Part shown: positions 25,065-37,030 of the stretch, in pieces
Numbering within the stretch: the stretch's first letter is position 1
Layout of the letters: every line of letters starts with the position of its first letter
DNA from: Camelus dromedarius
Lineage: Eukaryota
Assembly (NCBI RefSeq): GCF_036321535.1
Contig: NC_087436.1
Coordinates: forward strand, 86,430,001-86,494,000
Direction of reading: 5' to 3'
Length of the DNA stretch: 64,000 nt
The notes under the pieces: generated by a model
Seen by the model: the letters and a program-made list of their open reading frames with translations, nothing else
Told to the model about the DNA's origin: nothing
The model's database searches: none
Made by a program: the position numbers and the translations under genes

Positions 25065-25640
25065 GTATCAATTACAATGTTTTCAGTGCCAAAAATATGT
25101 AAAATCTGATTCAAATTGGTTTAACACGTATAGAAATGTGTTGATTGCCATAATTGACGCTCGGAGTCTGATCCAACCTTATTGCTCTGTGACCCTGCCC
25201 TCTGTGTGTGGGAGTGTGTGTTTCAGTGTGGATTCACTTGTGTTAAAAATTTCTGTAGCTGCGCTAGGCTTTGCACCTTCCCACGCCAAGTCGAGAGGGA
25301 GAGAGGGCGCCTCCTGTGGTGAGTGTATTGTAAAAGCAAGGATGTGTCTTTCCCCAGAAGTCTCCCACAAACCCGCCCTCAAGCTTCCTAGGCTTTAGCT
25401 GAGTGACAAGACCAGTCCAGATTCTGTGGCAGGAATCTGCCACATTCTGGCTGGCTTTCCCTGAGTTCCCTGGGAGAAGGAGAGCTAGCATTATCCTGGG
25501 ATCAGTCACACCAGCCCAGAGCTGGAGCTGGGTTCAGAGGACCTCTCTTGCCTGGTGGAAAGATGGACATCTAAATGAAAATCGGGGCACTATTTGGAAG
25601 GGAGAAGAGAGGAGAGGGGAAGGTATGCTAAACAGAGATG
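25065..25640 (-). mobile_element. Old MLT1-type LTR remnant
   Basis: tttcagtgcc...aaatctgattcaaattggtttaa; ccccagaagtctcc; ctaaatgaaaatcggggcactatt. Confidence 0.5.
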
Positions 25641-28600
25641 GGAAGAAACAGACCTAGAGAGGAAGAAATATTTTTGCAGAAATATGAGCATGTTACACAT
25701 GCTACTTCTTAATAAAGTAATAGATTTAATATTACTTGAATTTAACATAAAAAAAGTAAAACTAAATTAAGACTGAAGGAATTAAAGGAATTCTGTCCTT
25801 TAGTTAAATGTATCTTTACCACAAGAATGATTATTTCCTTAAAATTCCCTCTTGGGGAAATAAGGTTAAGGAAGGAAATTATGAAAAATGTTAAGATGTT
25901 GGAATCATTATTTTTTAACAACAGGCTTCAATTTTGGACAGTGTTGAGTGACTTGTGGATATGAAAGATGAGTGAAACTTTAGTCTTGTACTTTCCCCCC
26001 CTCTCCCTCTCACTTCCCAACGCTGGCTCTGTTACTCTTTTTACAATATTGTAGTTTCCAACACTCACATTCTGTTGTGGAAATATTACTCCCATAATTG
26101 TTTAATATCTGTATTCATAATTGTTCAGTATCTGCATTCAGTTCTGTGTTCAAGTTGATTCTATGTCCATGATAAGCCCTTTTTACCGCAGCCCATCCCT
26201 TCCAATTACTCTGTTTTGCCTCATCTCTAAATTGACTAAGTCTTATCCTGGAATAGTTTTTCCAAAAAAAAGAAAACCAAAACAACAACCAAAAAAACCC
26301 CCACACAGGTGTGTATTCTCTGAGTCTCTTTAGGTGTCAGGATGTTTATCTGTGGCTTTTATACTCACACTCACGTTGGATGGGTGAAATCTTACTGAGT
26401 CACAATTGCCCTTAGAAATTCTAGATAGTGCTTTATTATGTTCTGGCATTGAATACTGATTATCAAATTAGAGGTCAACCTAAGTGACTTCCCTTACTTT
26501 TTATGTCAAAGGACTTTTTTTTTCCTTAGTCCTTGATGTTCAGTGAGTTATGAGGCTGTTGTTGGTGCTGATCATTCAGTGCCTGCTTTCCTCCATCCTG
26601 CTGTGTGCTCTTTCCATTTGCAGATTCATTTCTTCAGTTGTCAGAACAGTTTCCTTGTTTTATATCTTTGCATGTTTAGTCTGTCCTATTTGTGGATTCC
26701 TCAGGCAAAACTAAGGGGCTCAAATTGCTTTGTGCTTTTCACACACACTCACCATGTTATCCCAAGTGTCTTTTTCTGTGTGTAATTTTATTTTGAGCTG
26801 TGTCTATTCCATTTTTTGCTATTTTTATTTATTTACTAGTTCCATAATAATGTTGTTTTGGTCTTTAATTTGTTTCTATAGAACTGAAAAAAATTTTTTT
26901 TCCCAGATCGTTGTCTTGTTTTATCATTTTCTCTTTGGGCCCCAGTATGTTAAACTTGTATTCTTATTAACCCATTCTATAACCCAACGTGCCCAGCTAG
27001 TTTGCTTCTTACCAGATTTGGAGCTTTTGATGAAAATGCTCAAGATTTTTGACAATTCAAGGCTTCCGGTGTGAGCACAGGATTAGAACCTGCACTCCTC
27101 TAAAACCACCCCTTTGTCTCCATGTCTTCCTCTTCCTGAAGTGCCATCTATGATATCACTTCACTTCCTCCTTTGTACCCATTTCCTTATTTGCTGGCTT
27201 CTGCTGATTTCCTTTTCTTGTTGGTTTTCATTATTTTTGCTCATATACTGGACATCGAGGGAAGAGAATCTCGACTTTGCCTTCATTCTGCCATCTTTCT
27301 TCAGAAGTCTTTATTATTTATATTTACTTACACTTATTATAAAGTCAGAAAAAAGTAACCTCTATTATTTAAAAAATCAATGAGATCATGTGAGATTCAT
27401 TAAGCATTTTGAAGTACTATGTAAATATTATTTTTGAAAAGATGAAATCACAGAATCTTCAGGTTGGAATAGACCTAGGAGCTTGTGTTTTAATCCCACA
27501 CCCACCCAGAAGTCCTCCTGCAGCAGTCCTGGTGATGGCCTCTCCGGCTTTCCGTGATGGGAACTCCCTGCTTGGCAAAGCCAGGTGGATTCAGTGGACG
27601 GACAGCTCTCAGAGGCAGTAATTATCTCTGCGTATTAAGGCACGATGTGCTTTCCTTCAGCCTATGGATTCTAATTCTGCCCTGCTCATCAGGTGACAAG
27701 ACAGCCATCATTCAAAGTTGTCACAATGTGGAGACATCAGTATACTGAAAAGAAAAAAACAACAATGAAAAGATTTAGTGCACTTATATAGGAACAACAC
27801 ATGACGACAATTTGTGTGAACTGTGTTCTACTTGTGTCGACAAAACATACAGCAGACAAAAGGATTTTAACTGGAAAAATCCCAGGTTAGCATTGTAGCA
27901 AGTTTTGATCTGCATTCAACTAGAATCCTACAGAATTTTGTTAAAGGCTCACAGCTGGTTGCTCCTACAAATGCTGGTGACCTGAAAAAAATTTAAAAAG
28001 AGTGCTCCTGATATCTGGCTTTTGTCGCCTCTCTCTGCCTCTCAGGCTGCTGAATAAGCACTTGTTGAGTGAGAAACACATTTCCCAGTGGTTCAAACCA
28101 CTTCTCAGAAGGAAACAGCCTGAGGACCACTTCCTAATCTCCACACTCCTGCCAGGCAGTGCCAAATGCCCCATTTGGAAATATTTTGGGGACGAATAAC
28201 TGTTCTTGTAGCCAAAGGTTTTAAAAATACTTCAAATAAACTTCTCAGCCATGCTGATTCTAATCTGTAACAAAAATGCATTTATAATTTACAGTTTTTT
28301 TTTGTTTTTTGTTTTTTTTTTTACATTTTTGCATCAGCTCAAATTTCCCTTGAAAATGCTTAGGAGCTTCTTTGATGGTCTTTTGTTCTCCTTTTGTGAG
28401 GAAACGTTCCGAAGGCAGGAATTTGTGCTACACTTCAATGCTGACACTTAGGAGTCAGATAAGAGGCAGATGGAGGGTGGCGTGGAGATCCATGGTGGCA
28501 GAGGTTAAGAGATCCCTGATTACCCTCAGTCCCACCCTGCCTACTGGAAGCCCCTTAAGCTCTGTCGGCTCTCCCCACAGCCTCCCTAAACAAGGTTGGC

Positions 28601-28959
28601 ACCTCTGTGCTTGAGAAGCCCTGGGGAGCTGTCTGTGGAGTTTCATTTTTAGATCAGTGCACACAAACTTTAGGGAATCCTCACCCTATTTGACATTTGC
28701 AACGAGGCTTTTTTAGAATCTTCTTTTTTTCCCTGAGGACCGGGTTAATAGTCTCTTCCGTGACCTAGGTGATGACCTCAGGCTTTTTCTTTCCATCCTC
28801 CTTCCCGTTTTTCACTTCTGGGGAGGGGCAGGTCAGTTCTGATAAACCTTTCCCCCTCCGTCACTGATCTGGTGTGTGAGAGCTTAGAGGAGACAGATCT
28901 CCTCCCCAGCACCGGGCTGTACCCTGAAACTGAACCAAGGCTCACCTTGATGGAGAGAT

Positions 28960-29180
28960 ACTGTGTGTCAGGCCCTTGGTAGGCGTTGCCTCATCTAATG
29001 CTCTCAACAACTCCCTGGAGGTAATTCCATCTTATTCCTACTTCACATCTTGGGAAATGAAGGTGCAGAGAGGTTAAATGACTCACCCAAGGTTACCCAT
29101 CTTGGAAGTAGAAGAACTCGAATTTGAATCTGGTCAATCCGATTCTAGAGCTTGTGCTCTGAACCCCCACACGGTGCTGC
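28960..29180 (-). mobile_element. MIR SINE
   Basis: gggaaatgaaggtgcagagaggttaaatgactcacccaaggttac...gaatttgaatctggtcaatccgattctagagc. Confidence 0.8.
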
Positions 29181-30021
29181 TACGCCACATGTGGGTATAT
29201 GGAGCACCTGCGCGTAAAACATGTCCGCAGCCTCTGCTGTGCTCTCCCGGGGACTCACTCAGATGACCATCTCCAGTGAACATCTTGTGAGCGCTCACGA
29301 GGGGATAAAAAAGCAGCAGGGGAAGATGTCTGCAGGTGGCATGTGATGCTGGCAGAGTCTTACACGGAGTCCCAGGGGCCTAATGGGACTTCTGTTTCCG
29401 GCAATGTGGTAGATTGCATTACATAAAGTCCTCCTGCTAAGAAACACCTGGAAATGCATATAAAACAGAGCTAGCATCCCTCAAAATATCAAACTGGGCT
29501 CAAAAGAGAGAAAAGGAAATCCCAGGGACCAAAAATGAAATGGAAACGAAAAACCAAACTGCCACCTGCAAACTAAAGCTGGGACTACCTGGGGGTATTT
29601 GACGATCTCAGAAACCAAGGAACTGGGGTTTTAGTGGTCACCCTGGGACAGAAGAAAAACTCTGTATCTCGTATAAAGCTGCGACACTTAGTGAAAGGGT
29701 AAAGAGGAAAAAAGCACTCCCCCTCCTCCAGAGACCAAGGGAAATGACAGGCAAGCTTGCATTCCTTGGAGTGAGTTTTGAGTCGGGGAAAAATTTGAAA
29801 CCCGAGCCTGCCCTCACCAGCTTTTGGGTTCAATGGTGAACTCCCTATATGGCACTAGGGACCTCTGGATGTTAAATTAGCATGGAGATGGTTCTTAAAT
29901 GCTCCCAAGGTTCCTGGCAAAAGCAGAGGTGAAGCATTACTGGAGAGACATCCCTAGACCTGGAGCCCCAGAATTCCTTTGGGTCAAACATTGTGTAAAA
30001 TGAATTCACAGTTCAAGATTT

Positions 30022-30360
30022 ATATACGTATTTTTTAATGAAGTATCATCAGTTTACAATGTTGTGTCAGTTTCTGGTGTGCAGCACAATGCTTCAGTCA
30101 TACATGAACATATATATATATTCATTTTATATTCTTTTTCACTATAAATTACTAGATATTGAATATAGTTCCCTACACTATACAGTATAAAATTGTTTAT
30201 TGGATTTTGTGAGAAACCTCCTGTATTTCGAAGCGAGAGACACTCTGCCAGAGTTCATAGGTGTTCTGTGTGATTCAGTGGGTTTGTGGATGGAATTCTT
30301 GGTGTGTTTGTGGGAGAGGCGAGCTGTGAGTCTCGCTACTCCGCCATCTTGGCTCAACCT
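30022..30360 (-). mobile_element. Mini-L1: L1 5'UTR start (~160 nt) fused directly to L1 3'UTR end (~170 nt), with TSD
   Basis: Minus strand starts aggttgagccAAGATGGcggagtag (L1 5' end with YY1 motif); junction at ~30201/30200 into L1 3'UTR ataaacaa..tatactgtatag...; degraded poly-A; TSD cagttcaagattt 30009-30021 / cagtccaagattt 30363-30375 followed by TT|AA. Confidence 0.8.
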
Positions 30361-30578
30361 TGCAGTCCAAGATTTTTAATAACTCCAAATTCAAGAGCCA
30401 ATGCCAGCAGGCATAGCAATAGAAGTAGAAATCTTTCCAAAACCACACATCAGATAGAGGCTATAAAATAAGAACGTATGAAATGATTAAAGGTAAGAAA
30501 GAAGTAGTGAGAAAAAAAGAAATCATCAAAAAGACTGAGCAGATGATGCTAAATCGAACTGTGAGAAAAGAGCAAGGT

Positions 30579-31151
30579 TGAAACAGAGCAGGACCCTGTG
30601 GGGTCCTCCCTGGTACAAATCCTTCTGTTTGTAAAATAAGCTTCATTCAGTCTTCTTGACCTGCCCTGAGTTCCAAAGGGCATATTCAGTTGCTAATCAG
30701 GAAAGGAGGGAATGCAGGAACAAGAGAGGAAGAGTCAAGAAGCAATAGTGCAGCCTTGGGGCAGGGACCTGGTTCTTCCTCAAGGAATATCCGTAACAGT
30801 ACCTTTGAGTTTTCTGCAGGAACTACCCTCCCCGCCAGGTGGAGAATGGTAACTTTAACTTCAGAATGAGCACAAGATTTCTGGAACACGGCCCGTTAAC
30901 CTCACCATCGATCAGTCAGAGGAAAGTCACACACCTCGCAGCCCTCATCCCAAATTTTGTCTATAAAACATTTTCCCCGGAAACTGTCGGAGTGTTCGGG
31001 GGTTTTTGAGCACGAGCCATGTGTTCTCCTTGCTGCTCTCCTTGCTGTTCTCCTTGCTCCTTGCAATAAACCTTTCTCTGCTCCAAACTCCCACATTTTG
31101 GTTTGTTTGGACTCACTGTGCCTCTGGCACATGAACTTTTGTTTAGTAACA
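30579..31151 (+). mobile_element. ERV1-type solo LTR (cetartiodactyl-type)
   Basis: TG...CA ends (tgaaacagagcaggaccc...agtaaca), perfect 4-bp TSD AGGT (30575-30578 / 31152-31155), TATAAAA at 30962-30968, AATAAA at 31065-31070. Confidence 0.9.
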
Positions 31152-31459
31152 AGGTTACAAATTCAAAGGCAGCTGAAGAGAGAAGCAGGGAAGCCCTTGA
31201 TGCAACTGCCTCTGCATCTGAGACAGACAGGAGAAAATTTGCCAGAACGCTGTGCAGGGAAACAATTGAGGAGGAAGGCAATCTTGGGCCTTTTACTGGA
31301 AACAGTGGACAAGAATAGCTCTTTTTGTTCTGGAGCTGCTGTCGTTGGCAAACCCTTTCTGGGCCAGATAATAATGATTTTCAGCTTGGCCAGCCATGAG
31401 TTCCTGATTGTAACATGGTCTTACAACCCCTTAAAATGCAGAAATTTTCTTTAGCTCAC

Positions 31460-31760
31460 AGGCCTCAAGGTGGGTTTTGGCCCAAGTGCTATCCTTTGTG
31501 GCGCCTCGTGCTAAGCTAAGCCGTAGTCTGTAGCTCTCCTGGGCATTTGCCACTGCGTGGGGAGAGCCGGCCTGAGAATAAAACCGCTCAAAAGACGGCT
31601 TTGCCAGGAGGAGAACAAAGAGGACGCAGATTTCAGATGACATGGTTTGAGTGTCTGGACCCACCATACACAAAGATCCAACCCAGGAATTTTTAGTTAT
31701 GTGAACCAATAAGTATTCTTTTAAAAAAAGCCACTTTTTCTTGATTTGATGCCACTTATA
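31460..31760 (+). mobile_element. Old MLT1-type LTR remnant
   Basis: gccactgcgtggggagagccggcctgagaat; gacatggtttgagtgtctggaccca; ttagttatgtgaaccaataa. Confidence 0.55.
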
Positions 31761-31974
31761 AACAAAAGAGCAACATGCAAATACAGCAATGTACTTGAAG
31801 CTCATTTTAAGAGAATCTGTAAATCTTTGGTGTGTGCTGGTCTGCCTGCCTTAACATTATCTAAACAGCAATCACTTTTGTTCGGGAATTACTGCAAACC
31901 CAATAAATGCATCATTATTTTACTATCAGTTGCTACGTGGAGGGAAAAAGAGAAGAAAATAGTACCGTTGTGTG

Positions 31975-32165
31975 TGTCTAGCACCGTCCTGAGCGTTTTA
32001 CATTTTGTCTCATTGAATCGTCACAACAGCTTGGTGAGATACACATTAACCGCATTTTATAAGTGAGAGAGCTAACCTCAGAGGTGAAGTAACTCATCCA
32101 AGGTCACACTTAAAAAGTGACAGGCCCACTGCTTAGATCAGGACCGTTTGGCTCCAAAATCTGTG
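31975..32165 (-). mobile_element. MIR SINE
   Basis: ctcattgaatcgtcacaacagc...cattttataagtgagag...gaagtaactcatccaaggtcacac. Confidence 0.7.
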
Positions 32166-32169
32166 TTCT

Positions 32170-32624
32170 TGTTGCAGAAAAACAGCCTCTGTACTCAGAA
32201 AGCCAAATTGAGAGTCGGAAGCAGAGTTTTGGGAGAATTAGAAAAGAACCGCTTTACTGCTCTGCCAGGCAAAGGGAGTCCCAGCAGGTTACTGCTGTGA
32301 AGACTGTGAGCCCGACTTGGGGTACAGGTCCTGGGGTTTTACAGAAAAATGGGAACGGGAGGGTGATAACAATCAGGCTGTAAGCAGGGGCTACGTTCCT
32401 TCTATCTTGATAAGAACTTGCTGTTATGGAGGAATTGAGGAGGGTCTGCCTGTTTTCTTGAGGTTCAGTCCATGACTTTCTCTCAAGACCTCTAGGGTGA
32501 ATGGATAATTTATTCTAGGGGAAGGGCACACAGGGAGGGGAGCATGTTGGCTGTAAGATCAGTTTAGCTAGAAGCACAGGCCTGAACAACTCAATAGCCA
32601 TCTTGTTAGTTTTCTCCTCTTTCA
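32170..32624 (-). mobile_element. Probable ERV1-type solo LTR
   Basis: Begins TGTT and ends TTCA; ctcagaaagccaaattgagagtcggaagcagagttttggg...gctttactgctctgccaggcaaaggg resembles a reversed cetartiodactyl LTR U5/R; TSD not clear. Confidence 0.6.
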
Positions 32625-32640
32625 TTGAAAATGTCCTAGA

Positions 32641-32863
32641 CTGGGGTCAGCAAACTTTTTCTGTAAAGGGCCAGACGGTAAATATTTTTGGTTTGCAGGC
32701 TACATACAGTCTGTTGAAATGACTCAGCTCTGCCATGCAGAGCGAAAGCAGCCATAGACAATGAGTAAATGGAACAGGTGTGGCTGTGTTCCAGTAAAAC
32801 TTTATTGCCAAAAACAGGTGGTGGGCAGGATTTGGCCTGTGGGCTGTAGCTTATTGACCCTTG
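32641..32863 (+). mobile_element. MER58A hAT MITE
   Basis: ctggggtcagcaaactttttctgtaaagggccagacggtaaatattt...tgtggctgtgttccagtaaaactttatt...ggatttggcctgtgggctgtag. Confidence 0.9.
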
Positions 32864-33131
32864 TGCTAGGTGATCACCATCCTTTTAGCTAATGAGCTTA
32901 ACTATCTGAAAAGAGCTCTTGCCACCAAACACTACCCAGAGTTACTAGTGCTTCATCCAGTACTGTGTTAAGAAATTTCCATTGAAATGTCAGCTTGGAT
33001 GACCTGAATCGTTCATCTGGGACTTAACATTGACTACCTCTTAAACACTGGTGATCTTCATGTTTCTGCTCTGTTTCCCTGACTTGATTGGAAGCTCTTT
33101 AAGGGCGTGGTTGTTCATTCATTCTCCAGAA

Positions 33132-33385
33132 CAGGGTTCAGTAACTACCATCCCTGGGCCAAGTCCCACCCATGGGCAAACTGTAGCCTGGGAAGCCAAG
33201 CCTGCCTCCCCCTACCACGTGTTTTTATAAAGTTTTATTGGAACATAGCCATATGCATTCATTTTTCTGTCAACTGTTTTAGTGCTGTAATGGCAGAACT
33301 GAGTGGTTGTGGCAGAGATCCTATGGCTACGAAGCCAAAATTATTTGCCATCTGGACCTTTGCAGAAAACGTTTGCCGGCCCCTG
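33132..33385 (-). mobile_element. MER58A hAT MITE
   Basis: aaagttttattggaacatagcca...atttgccatctggacctttgcagaaaacgtttgccggcccctg; 8-bp TSD ctccagaa/ctctagac (6/8). Confidence 0.88.
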
Positions 33386-34069
33386 CTCTAGACAGAAGGC
33401 AAAGTTATTATTATCATAAACTGTTGACAGATTTTTCTTAAGAGGGAAACTGTCTTTGCTTGGAAAAATGCCTTGGTGGGTGTTTGGGCTGGAGTCTTCC
33501 CAGCACATAGGTATTTGGAGGAGCCCAGGCAGAAAGGGAAAGGCGTACCTTTCTATATGAGAAAATGAAAGGAATGTGGGGGGTTGGGCTCCTGAAAAAA
33601 TGGAGGAGAAAAGCAAGGTGGATGGCAGAAAAAAGATGGGAGAGAGGGAAGCTGGGAAGTTTTTGAGAGTTGGGAATGTAACATAAGAGGGTAGCAGGGT
33701 TGCAGAAATACCTAATACATGATTTTAAGCTGTTTGCTCTGTTGTTTGCAATGTCACTCCTCCCTGTGATCACTTGGTCTTTATGCCTTGTTTTCATGGT
33801 TGCTTTTGGGGTGGGGAGAATCAGAGAGGAAGCTGTAAATAGGGGCTGCTGCCAGCGCAGAACTGAAGAACCAGACATAGAGGAGAGCAAATTTTGATCA
33901 AGTCCGGACATGAGAACTGAATTGACCAGAAGTCTATAAGAACTTCTTCCTGAATCTGAAGAACCCTTGGGAAGTGCTTTAGGTTTCCTTAATCTATGGA
34001 ATTGGTACTTGGATCAATCTTATCTAGAGTTCAAGGGCCCAGGTGACCCCAGCTGATGGCTGAGTTAGA

Positions 34070-34360
34070 CCCTTATTCAACAAGTATTGAATAAGGCCTC
34101 CTTCTTGCTTCTGGGAACTAACACTCTGTGGGAAGCAGTTAAGGAACAAATGAGTAATAAGAACTCTGACAGAAAGATGCTGTGAATGTCTGAAGGGTAA
34201 AATGATCTACTCTGCCTGGGGCATCACAGACGGCTTCCTGTAGGAAGTGACCTTTGAGCCAGACCTTGAAGGATGAAAAGGAGTTAATGCCCTGAGAGGA
34301 GAAGGGAGAATGCAAAGTTTCCTGTGAGGGAAAATGAGGAGGCCAGAGCACACAGAGGTG
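34070..34360 (-). mobile_element. L2 fragment
   Basis: ttattcaacaagtattga; ggcttcctgtaggaagtgacctttgagccagaccttgaaggatgaaaaggagtt. Confidence 0.7.
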
Positions 34361-34659
34361 GGTCAGAGCCAGGTAATTTTGTGCACTTCTTTTTTTCCCT
34401 CCGTAATGCTTATTATACAAGGAAGGTGCTCAATAAAATCTGCTCTCAGATGGGTTAACATCATTATTTAGTAAGAATTGGGATTCGATGAGGTGACTGT
34501 TTCCTTTCTTGTTGCTCTCTGGAGTGTTTGACATTCGGTGGCCTTACAGTTGTCCTTCTTACTGTGAACATGGGTCTGGAGTGAACATCATGATCTATAT
34601 CAGGGAGTGGGGGATTTTAATCATTTAATGATGTTGCCAAAGGTTGTGTGTTAAAAAAA

Positions 34660-34850
34660 AAGCACAGGCTTGAGTTTAAAACCTGACCCTGATGCTTCTT
34701 AGTGAAGCACAATTTAACCACTCAGTGTCCCCTCCATCAAGATGAGATAATGATACCTACGTGGCAGAATTGTGGTGAGGACTAAAGGACATGACATATG
34801 TAAAATTGTCAGCCCGGGGTATCGCATAGTCGATGCTCTGTAAATATGGG
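34660..34850 (+). mobile_element. MIR SINE
   Basis: gatgagataatgatacctac...gaattgtggtgaggactaaa...atatgtaaaa...catagtcgatgctctgtaaat. Confidence 0.65.
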
Positions 34851-34924
34851 TTCTGTATTTTCCAGTTATATGGGTTCTCTTTGTACATGATTCTTTGATG
34901 ATTGTTTATTTACATTTTCCTGTA

Positions 34925-35232
34925 AGGTAGCCACTAACCACATGTGGCTATTAAGCACTTGAAATGTGGGCGGTCAGAACTGGATGTGCTATACAGGTAA
35001 ATATACATACGAGATTTCGAAGACTTAGTATAAACTGAAGAACTTAAGATAGCACATTAATACATTTGCTTATTGATTACATGTTTAGATGATAATATTT
35101 TGTATATATTAAGATTTTAAAAATAGTCTTAAAATAATCTCACCTGTTTCTTTTTAATTTTTTTAACATGGATAATAGAAATTTTTAAATTAGATTTGTG
35201 GCTCACCTTGTATTGCTGTTGGACAGTTAATA
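34925..35232. mobile_element. MER33-like hAT MITE
   Basis: gtagccactaaccacatgtggctattaagcacttgaaatgtgg...gatttcgaagacttagta...tgtggctcaccttgtattgctgttggacag. Confidence 0.8.
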
Positions 35233-35999
35233 GTCCAGAGGAGTGATGGAATTAAATTTCAAGGCCTCGCTAAAAATTAAATATTTCAAATTTTTTCATC
35301 TTTTGCTATAAATATGTAGTTGCCTAAAATTCAATGGCATTTTGTAAGTAGGGTTAGGTACTTAGTCATTAGAGATTAGGTTAAATGATTTTGATGAAAA
35401 AAAAATCAGTTATTAACATTTTCTTTTTTTACATTTCACCACCATCTGTGAAATCGGAACACCCTGTCCTCTCCTGTAAGTGTGAAGGTTCAGGAACTAT
35501 GTCTCTGTCCCACTTCTGATGGATGGAATCCCAAAGCCCAGCTGCATGCTGAGGTCTTTTCCCCTCCTGGACTGCACAGTGAATTCGTTTTCTCTTTATG
35601 TATGACAGTGCCTTCACTTTCAAACTCCTTATCCTTCTTAGAAACCACACAGGGGTGTCCCTGGACTATGGGGGAGATTCTTTTGAACTCTAAATCAGCA
35701 GTAGGTCTCGAGTTCGACGTTAAAATCATTTAAACACACACACAAATGAGGAAACCCGATACAGGAGGAATGGTTTATACATGTACATAAAAAAAAATCC
35801 AATGCATCAGCTGACTTTGGGATACAGAAAAAGGCGGAAGCATTTCTTCATATACTGGATCCCCTCTTCCTCACTACCATCTGTGGATCCACTGGCTGAG
35901 GGAGGCAGGGGGGTGAATGAGACTCCCATTCAGCACTTATGCAGAAGACAGAGAGGCAAAGGAGAGAGAAGTCAGTTTTCATTATGAGGCCACATCATT

Positions 36000-37030
36000 T
36001 TCACAGTCTCCATTTCCTTCTCTTCCCATCCTCAACTCCTCTAATTCTTCCAACCATAATACCACCCCCACCCCCACTACAATGGCTACATCTTCCTAGG
36101 ATACCCATGACCTCCATATTAGTAAATCCAATAGACATTTTCAGTCCTATCCAGGGGTATCCTTAATGTCCACATCCCTTATCCAGCATTGGCCTAGGGT
36201 ACCACGTTATGCTCACTGTCTCCCTTTCCTCATCTCCCATGAATGCTCTCCAGTAGGCTTTCCCTACCACCAGGACCAGCAGTCTGCTAGATGGATCCTT
36301 CCACGGTCACCCATGACACACACAATGCTACATCAGTGGGTGTTTTTCAGCTCCCATCTTTCTTAACCTCTCAGCAACAGATCACGCCTTCCATCCTGAG
36401 ACACTCTCTTCCTTGGCTTTCCAGTATAGTCCTTACCTGGTTTTCCCCTGCTGTGGACACTCCCTCTGTACCTCTTTTACAGGTTCAGGTTCTTCTTGGC
36501 TAGTAACTGTTGGCTTCCCAAGACTTGGCCACGAGCCCTGTTCTCTTCTTCTATTCTATACTATCTACCTCGGCATCCAGCAACCATAACCACTTACAGA
36601 GTTTCAACAACTAATAATTCTGATACTTTTCAAATTTATATCCTCAGCCCAGAAAGCATTTCTGAGCTCCAAATCCATACACCTAACCTCTTATTTGACA
36701 TCTCAAGTTGAATGCCTCAAAGATCTTCAGAATCAACAAGGCCAAAATGAACTTCCAAAGCCTGCTTCTCCCTAACTGTTTCCTCTTTCTGGGAATGATA
36801 GTACTATGCATTTCTTGCATGAGCCAGCAATCAAGTCTCGCCTTCTGAAACCCTCCCTTTCCCTTGCCCTTACTGTCTTTTTCATTATATCATCCAGTCC
36901 CAGCACTCTTACATGCTAATAATCTCTCAGATCCATTCAATTCTTTCCACCCTCCCTGCCATCCCCAAGCCAAAGTCACCATAATTTTTTGCTTGGACAG
37001 CTTCAGTAGCCTCCAGTCTTCTTCCTAGTC
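36000..37030 (+). mobile_element. L2 internal fragments
   Basis: catgacctccatattagtaaatccaat, caaatttatatcctcagcccaga, ctgagctccaaatccatacacctaac, aataatctctcagatccattc. Confidence 0.7.

Noticed and set aside
30957..31454. 165-aa ORF with signal-peptide-like VLLAALLAVLLA
   Set aside because: The hydrophobic stretch is the translation of the 12-bp tandem repeat within an LTR
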